Below, piece after piece: positions 1 to 8,419 of a stretch of DNA of 42,839 bases. The translations under genes and the position numbers were made by a program. Source of the stretch: a virus (lineage: Duplodnaviria > Heunggongvirae > Uroviricota > Caudoviricetes); the IMG/VR virus record IMGVR_UViG_2565956731_000005, positions 1 to 42,839 of that record. One strand, given 5' to 3'. Under the pieces are notes generated by a model. The model was not told where the DNA came from. It searched no databases and was given only the letters and a program-made list of their open reading frames with translations. Position 1 is the first letter of the stretch. Every line of letters begins with the position of its first letter.

Positions 1-516
1 ATGAAATTTAAAAAATGTCTTCTGCCTGTGGCAATGTTAGCGTCATTCACTCTGGCAGGATGCCAGTCAAATGCTGATGATCATGCCGCCGATGTTTATC
101 AAACCGATCAACTGAATACCAAACAAGAAACTAAAACCGTTAATATTATTTCCATTCTTCCCGCAAAAGTTGCCGTAGACAACGCCCAAAATAAACGGAA
201 CGCACAAGCCTTCGGCGCGCTTATTGGCGCTGTCGCTGGCGGTGTTATCGGCCACAACGTCGGGTCTGGCAGCAATTCCGGAACGACGGCAGGTGCAGTT
301 GGCGGCGGAGCTGTAGGCGCGGCAGCGGGTTCTATGGTGAATGATAAAACCTTAGTGGAAGGTGTTTCTTTAACATATAAGGAAGGCACCAAAGTGTATA
401 CCTCCACCCAGGTGGGTAAAGAGTGCCAGTTTACGACAGGTTTAGCCGTTGTTATTACCACGACGTATAACGAAACGCGTATTCAGCCAAATACCAAATG
501 TCCTGAAAAGAGCTAA
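1..516 (+). CDS. Glycine-zipper outer-membrane lipoprotein (YcfJ-like)
   Basis: Lipoprotein signal peptide with lipobox LAGC at the N-terminus; Gly-rich GxxxG zipper segment including LIGAVAGGVIGH, as in YcfJ/17-kDa surface-antigen family proteins. Strong RBS-coupled gene follows. May be host or phage cargo. Confidence 0.7.
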   Translation: MKFKKCLLPVAMLASFTLAGCQSNADDHAADVYQTDQLNTKQETKTVNIISILPAKVAVDNAQNKRNAQAFGALIGAVAGGVIGHNVGSGSNSGTTAGAVGGGAVGAAAGSMVNDKTLVEGVSLTYKEGTKVYTSTQVGKECQFTTGLAVVITTTYNETRIQPNTKCPEKS

Positions 517-531
517 TAATCAGGAGGAGTC

Positions 532-1071
532 ATGAAGAAAGTTTTTCTTTGCGCCATCTTAGCCTCCTTAAGCTATCCGGCTATCGCCTCATCATTGCAG
601 GATCAACTATCGGCTGTCGCAGAAGCGGAACAGCAAGGTAAAAACGAAGAGCAAAGGCAGCATGACGAATGGGTCGCGGAGCGCAACAGGGAAATCCAGC
701 AAGAGAAGCAACGTCGCGCAAACGCCCAGGCCGCGGCTAATAAAAGAGCGGCAACGGCAGCAGCGAATAAGAAAGCTCGTCAGGATAAACTGGACGCCGA
801 AGCCACTGCGGACAAAAAACGCGATCAAAGTTATGAAGATGAGCTACGCAGCTTAGAGATTCAGAAACAAAAACTGGCGCTGGCGAAAGAAGAAGCCCGC
901 GTTAAGCGCGAAAACGAATTTATCGATCAGGAACTGAAGCACAAAGCTGCGCAAACCGATGTGGTGCAATCTGAAGCTGACGCAAACAGAAATATGACTG
1001 AAGGCGGTCGCGATCTGATGAAAAGCGTGGGCAAAGCAGAAGAGAATAAATCAGATAGCTGGTTTAATTAA
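532..1071 (+). CDS. Secreted Lys/Ala/Glu-rich coiled-coil protein, function unknown
   Basis: Strong RBS AGGAGG 6 nt upstream of ATG; N-terminal signal peptide (…PAIA/SS); highly charged, low-complexity helical body. Followed by an intrinsic terminator. Confidence 0.6.
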   Translation: MKKVFLCAILASLSYPAIASSLQDQLSAVAEAEQQGKNEEQRQHDEWVAERNREIQQEKQRRANAQAAANKRAATAAANKKARQDKLDAEATADKKRDQSYEDELRSLEIQKQKLALAKEEARVKRENEFIDQELKHKAAQTDVVQSEADANRNMTEGGRDLMKSVGKAEENKSDSWFN

Positions 1072-1115
1072 TCGATGTTAGTAACTTCAATCCTATGATT
1101 CGTGAGTATAAAAAA

Positions 1116-1142
1116 CCCTCTGTAGTAACAGAGGGTTTTGTT
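1116..1142. terminator. Bidirectional rho-independent terminator
   Basis: Hairpin CCCTCTG-TAGTAA-CAGAGGG flanked by an A-run upstream and T-run downstream, so it is followed by a U-tract on either strand. It separates the plus-strand genes from the minus-strand lysis operon. Confidence 0.7.
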
Positions 1143-1288
1143 CATTCATAGTGCAGAGTCAAATCATTCCCACTCAATTATTTACGATAACCATAACCAA
1201 TTGAGTGATAACATTTTTCCAAATCTCAACTTTTCCCGTACCGTTTTATATACCGTCACCGGAAATCAGTACCGTGAAAAATGCCATG

Positions 1289-1771
1289 CTATCTGGTCAG
1301 GGTGTCGTACTGTTTTTCGCAGACTCTTCCGGCTTCGGCTGCCCGGTCAGCATACTCTGCCAGTTGTCTGTTTCTCTCGAGAGATTTGCTGAGCACGTCG
1401 GCAAGCAAAACTCCGGTGTCTGCGGCTGACGTCCCAGCGCCGACAATGGCGTTATACTGCCTGAGCTGCTCACGGATGGCAAAGAGTTGTTGCTGCAACC
1501 TGCCAGCGCGAGCGGCAGCATCAAGAGCATCATTGCGCGCCTGGTCGATCCTCTGCTGAGCTTCACGTTCATTGGTCACTTTCTCCTGTTCGTAGTACTG
1601 ACGAACTTTGTCTTCTTCGGCTTTGCGGTCTTCTTCCGCCTGCGCATACCCGGCATCGTACTGGCGACTGCCGTGTATATTCCAGGCAACCACTCCGACG
1701 ATGAACAGAGCAGCAAGCATCACCACGATAAGCAGTTGTTTCCAATATGCTTTTACGAATTCCCAGATCAT
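1289..1771 (-). CDS. Rz-like i-spanin (inner-membrane spanin)
   Basis: Start overlaps the endolysin stop; N-terminal transmembrane helix followed by a charged coiled-coil periplasmic domain; last gene of the lysis cassette. Confidence 0.65.
   Translation of the reverse strand: MIWEFVKAYWKQLLIVVMLAALFIVGVVAWNIHGSRQYDAGYAQAEEDRKAEEDKVRQYYEQEKVTNEREAQQRIDQARNDALDAAARAGRLQQQLFAIREQLRQYNAIVGAGTSAADTGVLLADVLSKSLERNRQLAEYADRAAEAGRVCEKQYDTLTR
1297..1572 (-). CDS. Rz1-like o-spanin lipoprotein, embedded out of frame within Rz
   Basis: Alternate-frame ORF wholly inside the Rz gene; lipoprotein signal [13 protein letters not shown] followed by a Pro/Ser-rich body. True start is probably the internal Met at about 1533. 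Confidence 0.55.
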   Translation of the reverse strand: MNVKLSRGSTRRAMMLLMLPLALAGCSNNSLPSVSSSGSITPLSALGRQPQTPEFCLPTCSANLSRETDNWQSMLTGQPKPEESAKNSTTP

Positions 1772-2397
1772 ATAGCCAGCACCTTACTGGCAGTGACGTA
1801 CCGCGCGCGCCGGTCGTCGATGCCGTTCCGGCCACCATTGATAATCAGAGTTACACGTGCAATATCACCGGTATACTTCATGCATCCTTTGCTGGCAAAG
1901 AACCACGCCGCGCTACGAGCCGCGTATTCGTCCTGCGCCAGCAGTTCAGGATTCTCCAGCAAGTCCACTTTCAAGCCGTTTCCGCAGTCACGATAGTTAT
2001 TCAAACCGGTAATCTGGATAAGTCCGCGACCTCGGTAATTCCAGCCATCGCCGGGGGCATTGTTCCCCATGCGTTTGCTGTACACCAGATTGGCAATAGC
2101 TCTCTGGCGCTCAGGTGGCAATGGTGGTTCGCCTGCGCGTCGCCCCAATGCGTTGGCCTGTCCCTGAGTGAGACGCCCAGCCCGAACAAAGTTAGCCAGT
2201 CCGCTGACGCTGTAGTTGAAATTCTCCTGCAACCGGGTGAAGCCTCCAGACTCATGCCCGACCTGAGCAATAAACATAGCCTGATCTTCTGGTTTGCTGA
2301 TACCAAACTCTTTCATCGCAGACGTTATATGCGAGAACCAGCGTGCGGACAGTGACTCGCTGATACCAGCAGCTCGCTGGAATTGTTTAATCTCCAT
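1768..2397 (-). CDS. Endolysin, glycoside hydrolase family 19 (chitinase-like lysozyme)
   Basis: Motifs [24 protein letters not shown] and NNYRDCG typical of GH19 phage endolysins of epsilon15/SPN1S-like phages (from memory); sits between the holin genes and Rz. Confidence 0.9.
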   Translation of the reverse strand: MEIKQFQRAAGISESLSARWFSHITSAMKEFGISKPEDQAMFIAQVGHESGGFTRLQENFNYSVSGLANFVRAGRLTQGQANALGRRAGEPPLPPERQRAIANLVYSKRMGNNAPGDGWNYRGRGLIQITGLNNYRDCGNGLKVDLLENPELLAQDEYAARSAAWFFASKGCMKYTGDIARVTLIINGGRNGIDDRRARYVTASKVLAI

Positions 2398-2698
2398 GTT
2401 TAGACCTCGATACTTTGAAAATCTGAACGACGTTACCGCGCGTTTTAATAACCGCAGCTAGCATGACAGCGTTGATAATGACCTCGGATAAATCCACAGC
2501 CATTGGCGTGCGTAACCAGATTGCATAGACGACACGAACAGGAATACTTGCCGCAGCGACAATCAGGAAATAAGCAAGCCACCCTCCCCATCTCCTGTGT
2601 TGAGAACCGTTACGCTGGAAAGTGACAACGCGAATTGCTATACCAGTACAAATAACTGCATTGGTGATAAGCAAAAAAAGCTCATGAGTTACCATCAT
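2387..2698 (-). CDS. Small membrane protein of the lysis cassette (holin/antiholin-like)
   Basis: 103 aa with 2-3 hydrophobic helices and a charged C-terminus; overlaps both the holin and the endolysin genes. Confidence 0.5.
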   Translation of the reverse strand: MMVTHELFLLITNAVICTGIAIRVVTFQRNGSQHRRWGGWLAYFLIVAAASIPVRVVYAIWLRTPMAVDLSEVIINAVMLAAVIKTRGNVVQIFKVSRSKHGD

Positions 2699-3098
2699 CT
2701 TTTCTCCCCGGAATTAACTCGCGTGGATTGTCGGAACGGTGGTAGAGCCAGATACCAATTCGCACTGCGACAATTGCTGACACGAATGCGCCAGCAGAGA
2801 AAACAATCCCTTTTTCAAAAGAGTCCTGCGTGATGGTAGGGATCAGGCTGGCTATGCCGATAAGAATTGATGCTGCTGGTTTGTAAAAGAGAAGACCGCA
2901 AAGAAAGCTGAGCATCGACAGGAGCACCCGGCGGCGGATCGGATATTCGACAGCAGAGGTAACAAAAATCACCGCGCCAGCCAAAGCACCGAGCGCCACT
3001 TCTGGCGGAACGCCTACGATAACAGCAGCAAAAGAGCTCATGCTAAGCCATTGATTTAGATGGTCAGTGGTTAGATGAGCTGACATAATGAACACCAT
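2682..3098 (-). CDS. Holin
   Basis: 138 aa with multiple transmembrane segments and a charged C-terminal tail, immediately upstream of the endolysin. Possible dual start MVFIM (GTG at 3098, ATG at 3086). Confidence 0.6.
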   Translation of the reverse strand: MVFIMSAHLTTDHLNQWLSMSSFAAVIVGVPPEVALGALAGAVIFVTSAVEYPIRRRVLLSMLSFLCGLLFYKPAASILIGIASLIPTITQDSFEKGIVFSAGAFVSAIVAVRIGIWLYHRSDNPRELIPGRKDDGNS

Positions 3099-3285
3099 TT
3101 ATTACGCATAACAATCTCCTTACTATTGAAGATGCATACATAATAAACCATTTATGAATAATAGTTACCTCAAAGCACTGTATTTCTACCTTCTACGGCA
3201 ATGAAAATTACGTTTAGAAAATGGTCTAGTGTTCCTCTCAGTGACTATTGAATTAGCTTCACGTACTGTGCAATAAGCAAGCCGA

Positions 3286-5961
3286 CTACTTAGATCCCCC
3301 CTCCGGATTCAGCAAATTATTCAGCTCCGCAAGATGTGACTCTATTTTTTCGATTCTTCTACGCAAATAAGCAGACTCAAGCCATAAGCACTGGTCAGCA
3401 CGAATCCCCCACCTATTTCCAGCTTTGCGTACCAGAATTCGCTCTTCTGTTTCGTATTCTTCTTCCTTCTCAATTTCGACACCATCCACAACTTCAGTAA
3501 TCGTCCTTACCGCCATCACTGGCTCGTATTTATCATCCCATTCATCGTAACAGAGAAGGCCAAATCGGGTTCCATCAACCCCATGCGCGAGGAAAGCGTC
3601 TCTTACCTGTTGTGCTATGACACCAAAATGCCAGCGGGCACCATCTCCCTTTTCCCTGATAGCCTCAAGCCAGCGAAAAGCTACGATCCTGATATCTCCC
3701 CATGCATCCAAAATTACATCACCTTCATAACCAGGGGACATATTCAGACTGAGTTCACTCGTTGTTAGCGGGTCGCTTTTTTCCCTACCATCTGAGGTGT
3801 TTATTGAGCCTGAAACAGCATAAATCTGAGTTGGCCTGTTATCTGGTACACCAACACTGTAAGAATTATCCAGATAAGGATGCCAGTGACCATTTGGACT
3901 TACTTTCCATCTCCAGGTGTCATTACTTCCCAAATGTAAATCAGCTCCATTTGCAGCCATTAAAGCTACATTGGAAGTGCTCATGTACATCTGGAAATAA
4001 CCAACGCCTTTTCTCTGCCATTCATAAAGCAAGCCTGTTCCCTGTTCGTTGTTGAACTTTAATGCTTTTATAGGTGAATTTTCTCCCCATGTTGTATCAC
4101 CTGAATAAATTACATGAGGAACCACCTCTGGATTATCAGAGATACATATTTCTTTAGATGGTAGAGATAGCGTTCTTTTATCTCCTGCACCAAGCGCATA
4201 AATCAGAATGGTGCGTCTGGTTGCCCCCATAACATCAGAATGCTCAGATACTATCGTTACCGATGGATAAAGAACACCATCGTAATCAACAAAATGCATC
4301 CCTTCTGATTCGCGGAATGTAGGGGTAGAGCCAATGATTCGTGGTAAATCCGTATCACCCAAATTAGAAATGGCTTTCTGCACATCATTTCCCAGCAGAT
4401 CGCAACTTGATAAATATTGAGTCTGCCCAAACGTAGTATTCCCACAATACATATACAGATGCGAGCCATCAGAACAAAATCCACTAAGTGATGTGGTTTC
4501 ATCACCACCGACTTGCGAAAGTTGAAGAGTAAACTCATGAGTACACAGGGCTGAATAATCACCTGGTTTATCAAAAATGTCTGTGGAAAATACACGAAAC
4601 GTTTGCTTATTGTAGTCGCCATTGTCGGTGAAACGGATAATCATCCATTTTCCGTCTAATGTAATAGTCGGAGTAGTTGAACTACCCGCTGTACGATTTT
4701 CCTCTACAACCCTAAACATTTCAGGAGAATCTATTTCCCCCTCGGAGTTGCTCCTCCAGGAAAATCTAACCACCCCATGTGAACCACCTACAGAAAAATC
4801 AAAGTCAGTATGGGTAGTAGAGCCTGCCGGTGTATCTGGAGCTGTAGTCCATAACTTAATCGCATTGTCTATATTCTGTACCGCTATTCCCTGATGACCC
4901 AGCCTGTCCTCAGGAAGCATAAAATCAGAAGATGTGTTTTTAATTTTTGAATCAGCAGAATATTTATTCCAGACAGAAACAGTAGTAGGGTTTCCATCTA
5001 TTTCTGTATTGTGATTGGAATAATAAGCTCTGCTTACAGGATCATATGCAAAAGTTTGCAATGTTCTTATTTGTCCGCGACCATTAGCAATTGGTATAAA
5101 CCGTATAGCGGCATTAGACTCATGTCCAATGGAATTAACGTCCCATGCAGGTCGCTTGCTTGTAACTAATTCGCCATTAACAGGAATGACTTTTCCGCCA
5201 ACCAACCATTTCCCGTTAATATAGGTATTCCTGAAAAATGTTCTGGAGGTAAAATAAGTTTTACCCTGCATATCAATAATTCTAGATGAAATAGCAGCCT
5301 CAAGTGATTCAAAAGCTAAAGAATCATTTGTAACACCATCACCTACAGCACCAAAATCTTTAGGGCTAACTGTGTCACGCATCTTATCCTGGAACGTTCT
5401 GTATACTGCTCCAGAACCATACTGAATAAACCAACCAAAACCACCAACAACTCCGGCGATTGCAGCATCAACATAATTACGCATTGAGCGATTATTTACA
5501 GCATCCTGCTCAAGTGATGGATCTGCAAGGTTAGAAATTCTGTTTTGTTTTGCATCGTAATATTTTGCAAGCAGAGAGGGCTTCATCAATGCACGTCTGA
5601 ACCACCCAAAACATTGCTGGATCAGCATCGTCAGGTAGTCAAAGGCATCTTCATGCACTTCGGGGAAAAACTTTCCCTGATTGCGGAGGTCTGTCTCCTG
5701 CACTACATCAAGCACACGATCTATCGTAATTAGCCAGCCAACAGCAAGCGGAGACGGAAGAACCACAGAACCGCCACTATAAGTGCCCGCCCCAGTTACC
5801 GTATAACCGGTATCCAGGACCAATTCTGTTACGTTTCCGTTCAGGTCAGACACCTGAACAACCAGGTCGGATTTTTTGAAAATACGGAAGGTATACGGAA
5901 ATGATGTCGTAACTCCGTTACCGGTGTATTCGTTGTGGTCAACTTCGGTTGAGACCGTCAT
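3286..5961 (-). CDS. Tailspike / tail fibre with depolymerase-type beta-helix and C-terminal intramolecular chaperone (peptidase S74-like)
   Basis: Conserved podovirus tail-fibre N-terminus (MTVSTEVDHNEYTGNGVTTSFPYTF); DFGAVGDGVTNDS pectate-lyase/beta-helix signature; C-terminal region with WHFGVIAQQV resembling the auto-cleaving chaperone domain. RBS GGAGA upstream. Confidence 0.85.
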   Translation of the reverse strand: MTVSTEVDHNEYTGNGVTTSFPYTFRIFKKSDLVVQVSDLNGNVTELVLDTGYTVTGAGTYSGGSVVLPSPLAVGWLITIDRVLDVVQETDLRNQGKFFPEVHEDAFDYLTMLIQQCFGWFRRALMKPSLLAKYYDAKQNRISNLADPSLEQDAVNNRSMRNYVDAAIAGVVGGFGWFIQYGSGAVYRTFQDKMRDTVSPKDFGAVGDGVTNDSLAFESLEAAISSRIIDMQGKTYFTSRTFFRNTYINGKWLVGGKVIPVNGELVTSKRPAWDVNSIGHESNAAIRFIPIANGRGQIRTLQTFAYDPVSRAYYSNHNTEIDGNPTTVSVWNKYSADSKIKNTSSDFMLPEDRLGHQGIAVQNIDNAIKLWTTAPDTPAGSTTHTDFDFSVGGSHGVVRFSWRSNSEGEIDSPEMFRVVEENRTAGSSTTPTITLDGKWMIIRFTDNGDYNKQTFRVFSTDIFDKPGDYSALCTHEFTLQLSQVGGDETTSLSGFCSDGSHLYMYCGNTTFGQTQYLSSCDLLGNDVQKAISNLGDTDLPRIIGSTPTFRESEGMHFVDYDGVLYPSVTIVSEHSDVMGATRRTILIYALGAGDKRTLSLPSKEICISDNPEVVPHVIYSGDTTWGENSPIKALKFNNEQGTGLLYEWQRKGVGYFQMYMSTSNVALMAANGADLHLGSNDTWRWKVSPNGHWHPYLDNSYSVGVPDNRPTQIYAVSGSINTSDGREKSDPLTTSELSLNMSPGYEGDVILDAWGDIRIVAFRWLEAIREKGDGARWHFGVIAQQVRDAFLAHGVDGTRFGLLCYDEWDDKYEPVMAVRTITEVVDGVEIEKEEEYETEERILVRKAGNRWGIRADQCLWLESAYLRRRIEKIESHLAELNNLLNPEGGSK

Positions 5962-6064
5962 GTTAAATCTCCAGATAGTCGCAGCACCCGTTGCGCCGCA
6001 TATCTGGTCATTCTATTACCTAAAAAACCACATATGGATAGAAAGACTGTGAATATGAATAGAT

Positions 6065-6081
6065 ATTACCTTTCAGGTAAT
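6065..6081. promoter_or_regulatory. 17-bp palindromic operator ATTACCTTTCAGGTAAT
   Basis: Perfect inverted repeat ATTACC-N5-GGTAAT; one of 12 copies of the same motif found at promoter regions in this window. Confidence 0.6.
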
Positions 6082-6117
6082 TTGCAAAACGTGCTGGATA
6101 GCAAACAAATTATTTGC

Positions 6118-6137
6118 TACTGTATAAATATACAGTT
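6118..6137. promoter_or_regulatory. LexA (SOS) box TACTGTATAAATATACAGTT
   Basis: CTGT-N8-ACAG with an all-A/T spacer and TA flanks, 18/20 match to the Enterobacterial consensus TACTGTATATATATACAGTA; about 20 bp upstream of the start of the small gene at 6158. Confidence 0.75.
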
Positions 6138-6157
6138 ATTGCATGGAGAAGATTAAG

Positions 6158-6415
6158 ATGCAGCAGTATCACTATCCACTGGAAGACGGATTTACCGAAA
6201 GGATTCACACGCCGGGAGGCGTCAGGTCACTGGTGGAGGGATCGCACTTGATGAAATTACTCCGGGATCTCGATAAGGATGGATTTAATGTCGATGGCCC
6301 ACTTGCCGAACTGACTGCACTGATTAACTACGTCACCAGCTCACAGATGTCTATGCAGGATCTGCAAACACATCTCGACTATTGTGCCGAACAATTACGA
6401 AAACAAACCCGGTAA
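6158..6415 (+). CDS. Small KilAC-like protein, paralogous to the Ant C-terminal domain; candidate SOS-induced antirepressor
   Basis: RBS GGAG 9 nt upstream of the ATG at 6158 (track start 6143 lacks an RBS). Protein aligns with the C-terminus of the Bro-N protein at 7564..8274 (YxxPLxxG…IHxPxGV…LMxLL…DGxxVxGxxAELT…QTH). Confidence 0.5.
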   Translation: MQQYHYPLEDGFTERIHTPGGVRSLVEGSHLMKLLRDLDKDGFNVDGPLAELTALINYVTSSQMSMQDLQTHLDYCAEQLRKQTR

Positions 6416-6421
6416 ATTTAA

Positions 6422-6439
6422 AGGCCGCAAGAGCGGCCT
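6422..6439. terminator. Hairpin between convergent genes (bidirectional terminator candidate)
   Basis: AGGCCGC-AAGA-GCGGCCT stem-loop in the 22-bp gap between convergent genes 6158..6415 and 6438..7166; T-rich on the minus side. Confidence 0.5.
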
Positions 6440-7166
6440 ATCGTTTCGCTTTGTGCTCATCCCAGCACGTTTTGCACCATGCCATTAATCCGTCCGCATT
6501 TTGATTATTAGGGTAAAAGCTGGTTCGTTTTCTGCGGACATTACAAATTGGGCACCACTTCATATGGCGTGTATTCTTTGGGCCATCGAGACACCTTGCA
6601 CACCACTTAGTCAATCCATCTGGATTTTTTGACGATTTCCTGAATTTTTCATATGGTAGGTTTATTCTGCATCGCAAGCACTGCTTGCTACCACTTGAAA
6701 CTCTGTTAGCTGATTCTTCTTTTGGCGGCGATACAGAAGGTATTCTTGCTGGCTCTGATACTGCCTGAGGTGCTTTTTTAGATGACTGAGACGATATGTC
6801 ATCACCAGGGAATCTTCCATGATATGCCGGACGCGTTGACACTCCAGGTGGAAGCTCAGCTGTAAACGGCTTTGGCTGAATCAGTTGCCTCTCTTTTGCT
6901 AACTCCTGCTGTTTATAATATGTCTGGATTACCGCACTATCATAAGCAGGAGGTGCGGAAATATTAGGCGCATTACCTCCAGTTTTTTGAAACTGAGTAG
7001 AGGTGTGTTCTATCACCTGTGTACGATTAATCGTTATCTCCCCATCTTCGGTCTTTATCGTTTTGTTATGATTAACGACCGTACGATCAGAGATCTTAGT
7101 CTTGTTCTGGTTGATAACGTAAATAATCACCGCAACCACACCAACAACTATCCAGAAAACTTCCAT
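6438..7166 (-). CDS. Membrane-anchored protein with tandem C-terminal zinc-ribbon repeats, function unknown
   Basis: N-terminal transmembrane helix (FWIVVGVVAVIIYVI), Pro/Ser-rich linker, then CLRC…DGLTKWCARC…WCPIC…DGLMAWCKTC (two xDGLxxWCxxC repeats plus extra CxxC). RBS GAGGAAAA upstream; operator 20 bp upstream. Confidence 0.6.
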   Translation of the reverse strand: MEVFWIVVGVVAVIIYVINQNKTKISDRTVVNHNKTIKTEDGEITINRTQVIEHTSTQFQKTGGNAPNISAPPAYDSAVIQTYYKQQELAKERQLIQPKPFTAELPPGVSTRPAYHGRFPGDDISSQSSKKAPQAVSEPARIPSVSPPKEESANRVSSGSKQCLRCRINLPYEKFRKSSKNPDGLTKWCARCLDGPKNTRHMKWCPICNVRRKRTSFYPNNQNADGLMAWCKTCWDEHKAKR

Positions 7167-7185
7167 TGCTTTTCCTCACAATAAC

Positions 7186-7202
7186 ATTACCTTAAAGGTA
7201 AT
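7186..7202. promoter_or_regulatory. 17-bp palindromic operator ATTACCTTAAAGGTAAT
   Basis: Perfect inverted repeat in the divergent promoter region between 6438..7166 and ant. Confidence 0.6.
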
Positions 7203-7250
7203 ATCTTGCTTTCAGGTGATCAAGCGTTAAACGCAATCAACCAAATACGG

Positions 7251-7295
7251 TTGATTTTAATATTTCTTCGCGTTTATCATTACCTTTGCGGTAAA
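7251..7295 (+). promoter_or_regulatory. Candidate sigma70 promoter (TTGATT-N18-TATCAT) overlapped by operator ATTACCTTTGCGGTAAA
   Basis: -35/-10-like hexamers with 18-bp spacing; operator copy at 7279..7295 overlaps the -10/+1 region; points toward ant. Confidence 0.4.
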
Positions 7296-7385
7296 TTTAC
7301 ATCGCACTCCTCTTGTGCCATAGTAATCGGGTACTGGCAAAATCCAGTGCCGGGATTGGCGTCCCGAGTTACTAAGTGGCGCATA

Positions 7386-7407
7386 CCACGCCAGACGTGG
7401 TTTTTTT
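7386..7407 (+). terminator. Rho-independent terminator in the ant leader
   Basis: CCACG-CCAGA-CGTGG hairpin followed by TTTTTTT, about 155 bp upstream of the ant start codon. Confidence 0.65.
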
Positions 7408-7563
7408 ATGCGTTAAGCACAGCTATATCCGAATTATGGTGGGCTGGGCAGGGGTCCGAAAGGACGCCGGTACCACTTAGGCCGGTACGCCAACCTTGTC
7501 CAGTTCACCACCAGTAATTGGCGTTGCGGTGGTGATTAAAATCACTAAGTGGAGATAACCACC

Positions 7564-8274
7564 ATGGCTAATGCTCAAACTGCCATCTTCAAATTTGAAT
7601 CTGTTAACCCTATCCGTTCCATCATTATCGATGGCCAACCATGGTTTGTAGCCCAAGACGTTTGTAGTGCGCTGCGTATCCAAAACGTCACCCAAGCACT
7701 TGAAAAACTGGATGATGATGAAAGGTCTATGTTCAACATAGGGCATGAACATCGTGCAATTTTTGACAGCCGAGTAAAAGAGATCAACATCATCTCCGAG
7801 TCAGGCCTCTACACACTGATCCTCCGCTGCCGCGATGCGGTGACACCAGGCACTATCCCCTACCGCTTTCGTAAATGGGTTACAGGTGAGGTTCTTCCTC
7901 AGATCCGCCGCACCGGAAGTTACATTAAAAACTCGCTCCCGCAGGAAGAACGCATAAAGATGGTTGCCGACCAGGTAGCCAACGCCACGGCGTCAGCAGT
8001 AATGCAGGCGATGAAGATAGAGAACAAAACCTACAGTGCCCCACTGAAGCCCGGCTACCGCAGTCTGATTCATTCTCCGTCTGGTGTTCTCGGCCTGACG
8101 GAGAACTCACTGCTGATGAATTTGCTGAACCAGTTACAGGAAGACGGGCACGACGTATCGGGCGCGGCGGCGGAGCTGACCACCATGTTCTGCTACATCG
8201 TCGGTGTGAGTAAATGCCTGCGTGATATCCAGACCCACGCGGAGTACATCAACGACAAGGCAGGGTTCTTCTGA
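7564..8274 (+). CDS. ant: Antirepressor Ant (Bro-N domain plus KilAC-like C-terminal domain)
   Basis: Bro-N signature (AIFKFESVNPIRSIIIDGQPWFVAQDVCSAL…YRFRKWVTGEVLPQIRRTGSY); RBS GGAG 9 nt upstream of the ATG at 7564. Confidence 0.85.
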   Translation: MANAQTAIFKFESVNPIRSIIIDGQPWFVAQDVCSALRIQNVTQALEKLDDDERSMFNIGHEHRAIFDSRVKEINIISESGLYTLILRCRDAVTPGTIPYRFRKWVTGEVLPQIRRTGSYIKNSLPQEERIKMVADQVANATASAVMQAMKIENKTYSAPLKPGYRSLIHSPSGVLGLTENSLLMNLLNQLQEDGHDVSGAAAELTTMFCYIVGVSKCLRDIQTHAEYINDKAGFF

Positions 8275-8343
8275 CGGCGGCGGCACAGGGATGTGCCTTT
8301 AAATAATTCTGTACGATTGCAGACTGTGGGTGAATAGCGTACT

Positions 8344-8360
8344 ATTACCTCAAGGGTAAA
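8344..8360. promoter_or_regulatory. Operator-like palindrome ATTACCTCAAGGGTAAA
   Basis: Motif copy about 60 bp upstream of the small ORF at 8420. Confidence 0.5.
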
Positions 8361-8419
8361 CGGATTGGTTTCATTTTTATTAATCCGTGTAATGAACTTA
8401 TGAGATATGAGGTAATGTC

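Noticed and set aside
7206-7517. ORF 7206..7517 (103 aa) upstream of ant.
   Set aside because: No RBS; it spans a rho-independent terminator and repeated motifs; the region is better explained as a structured non-coding leader.
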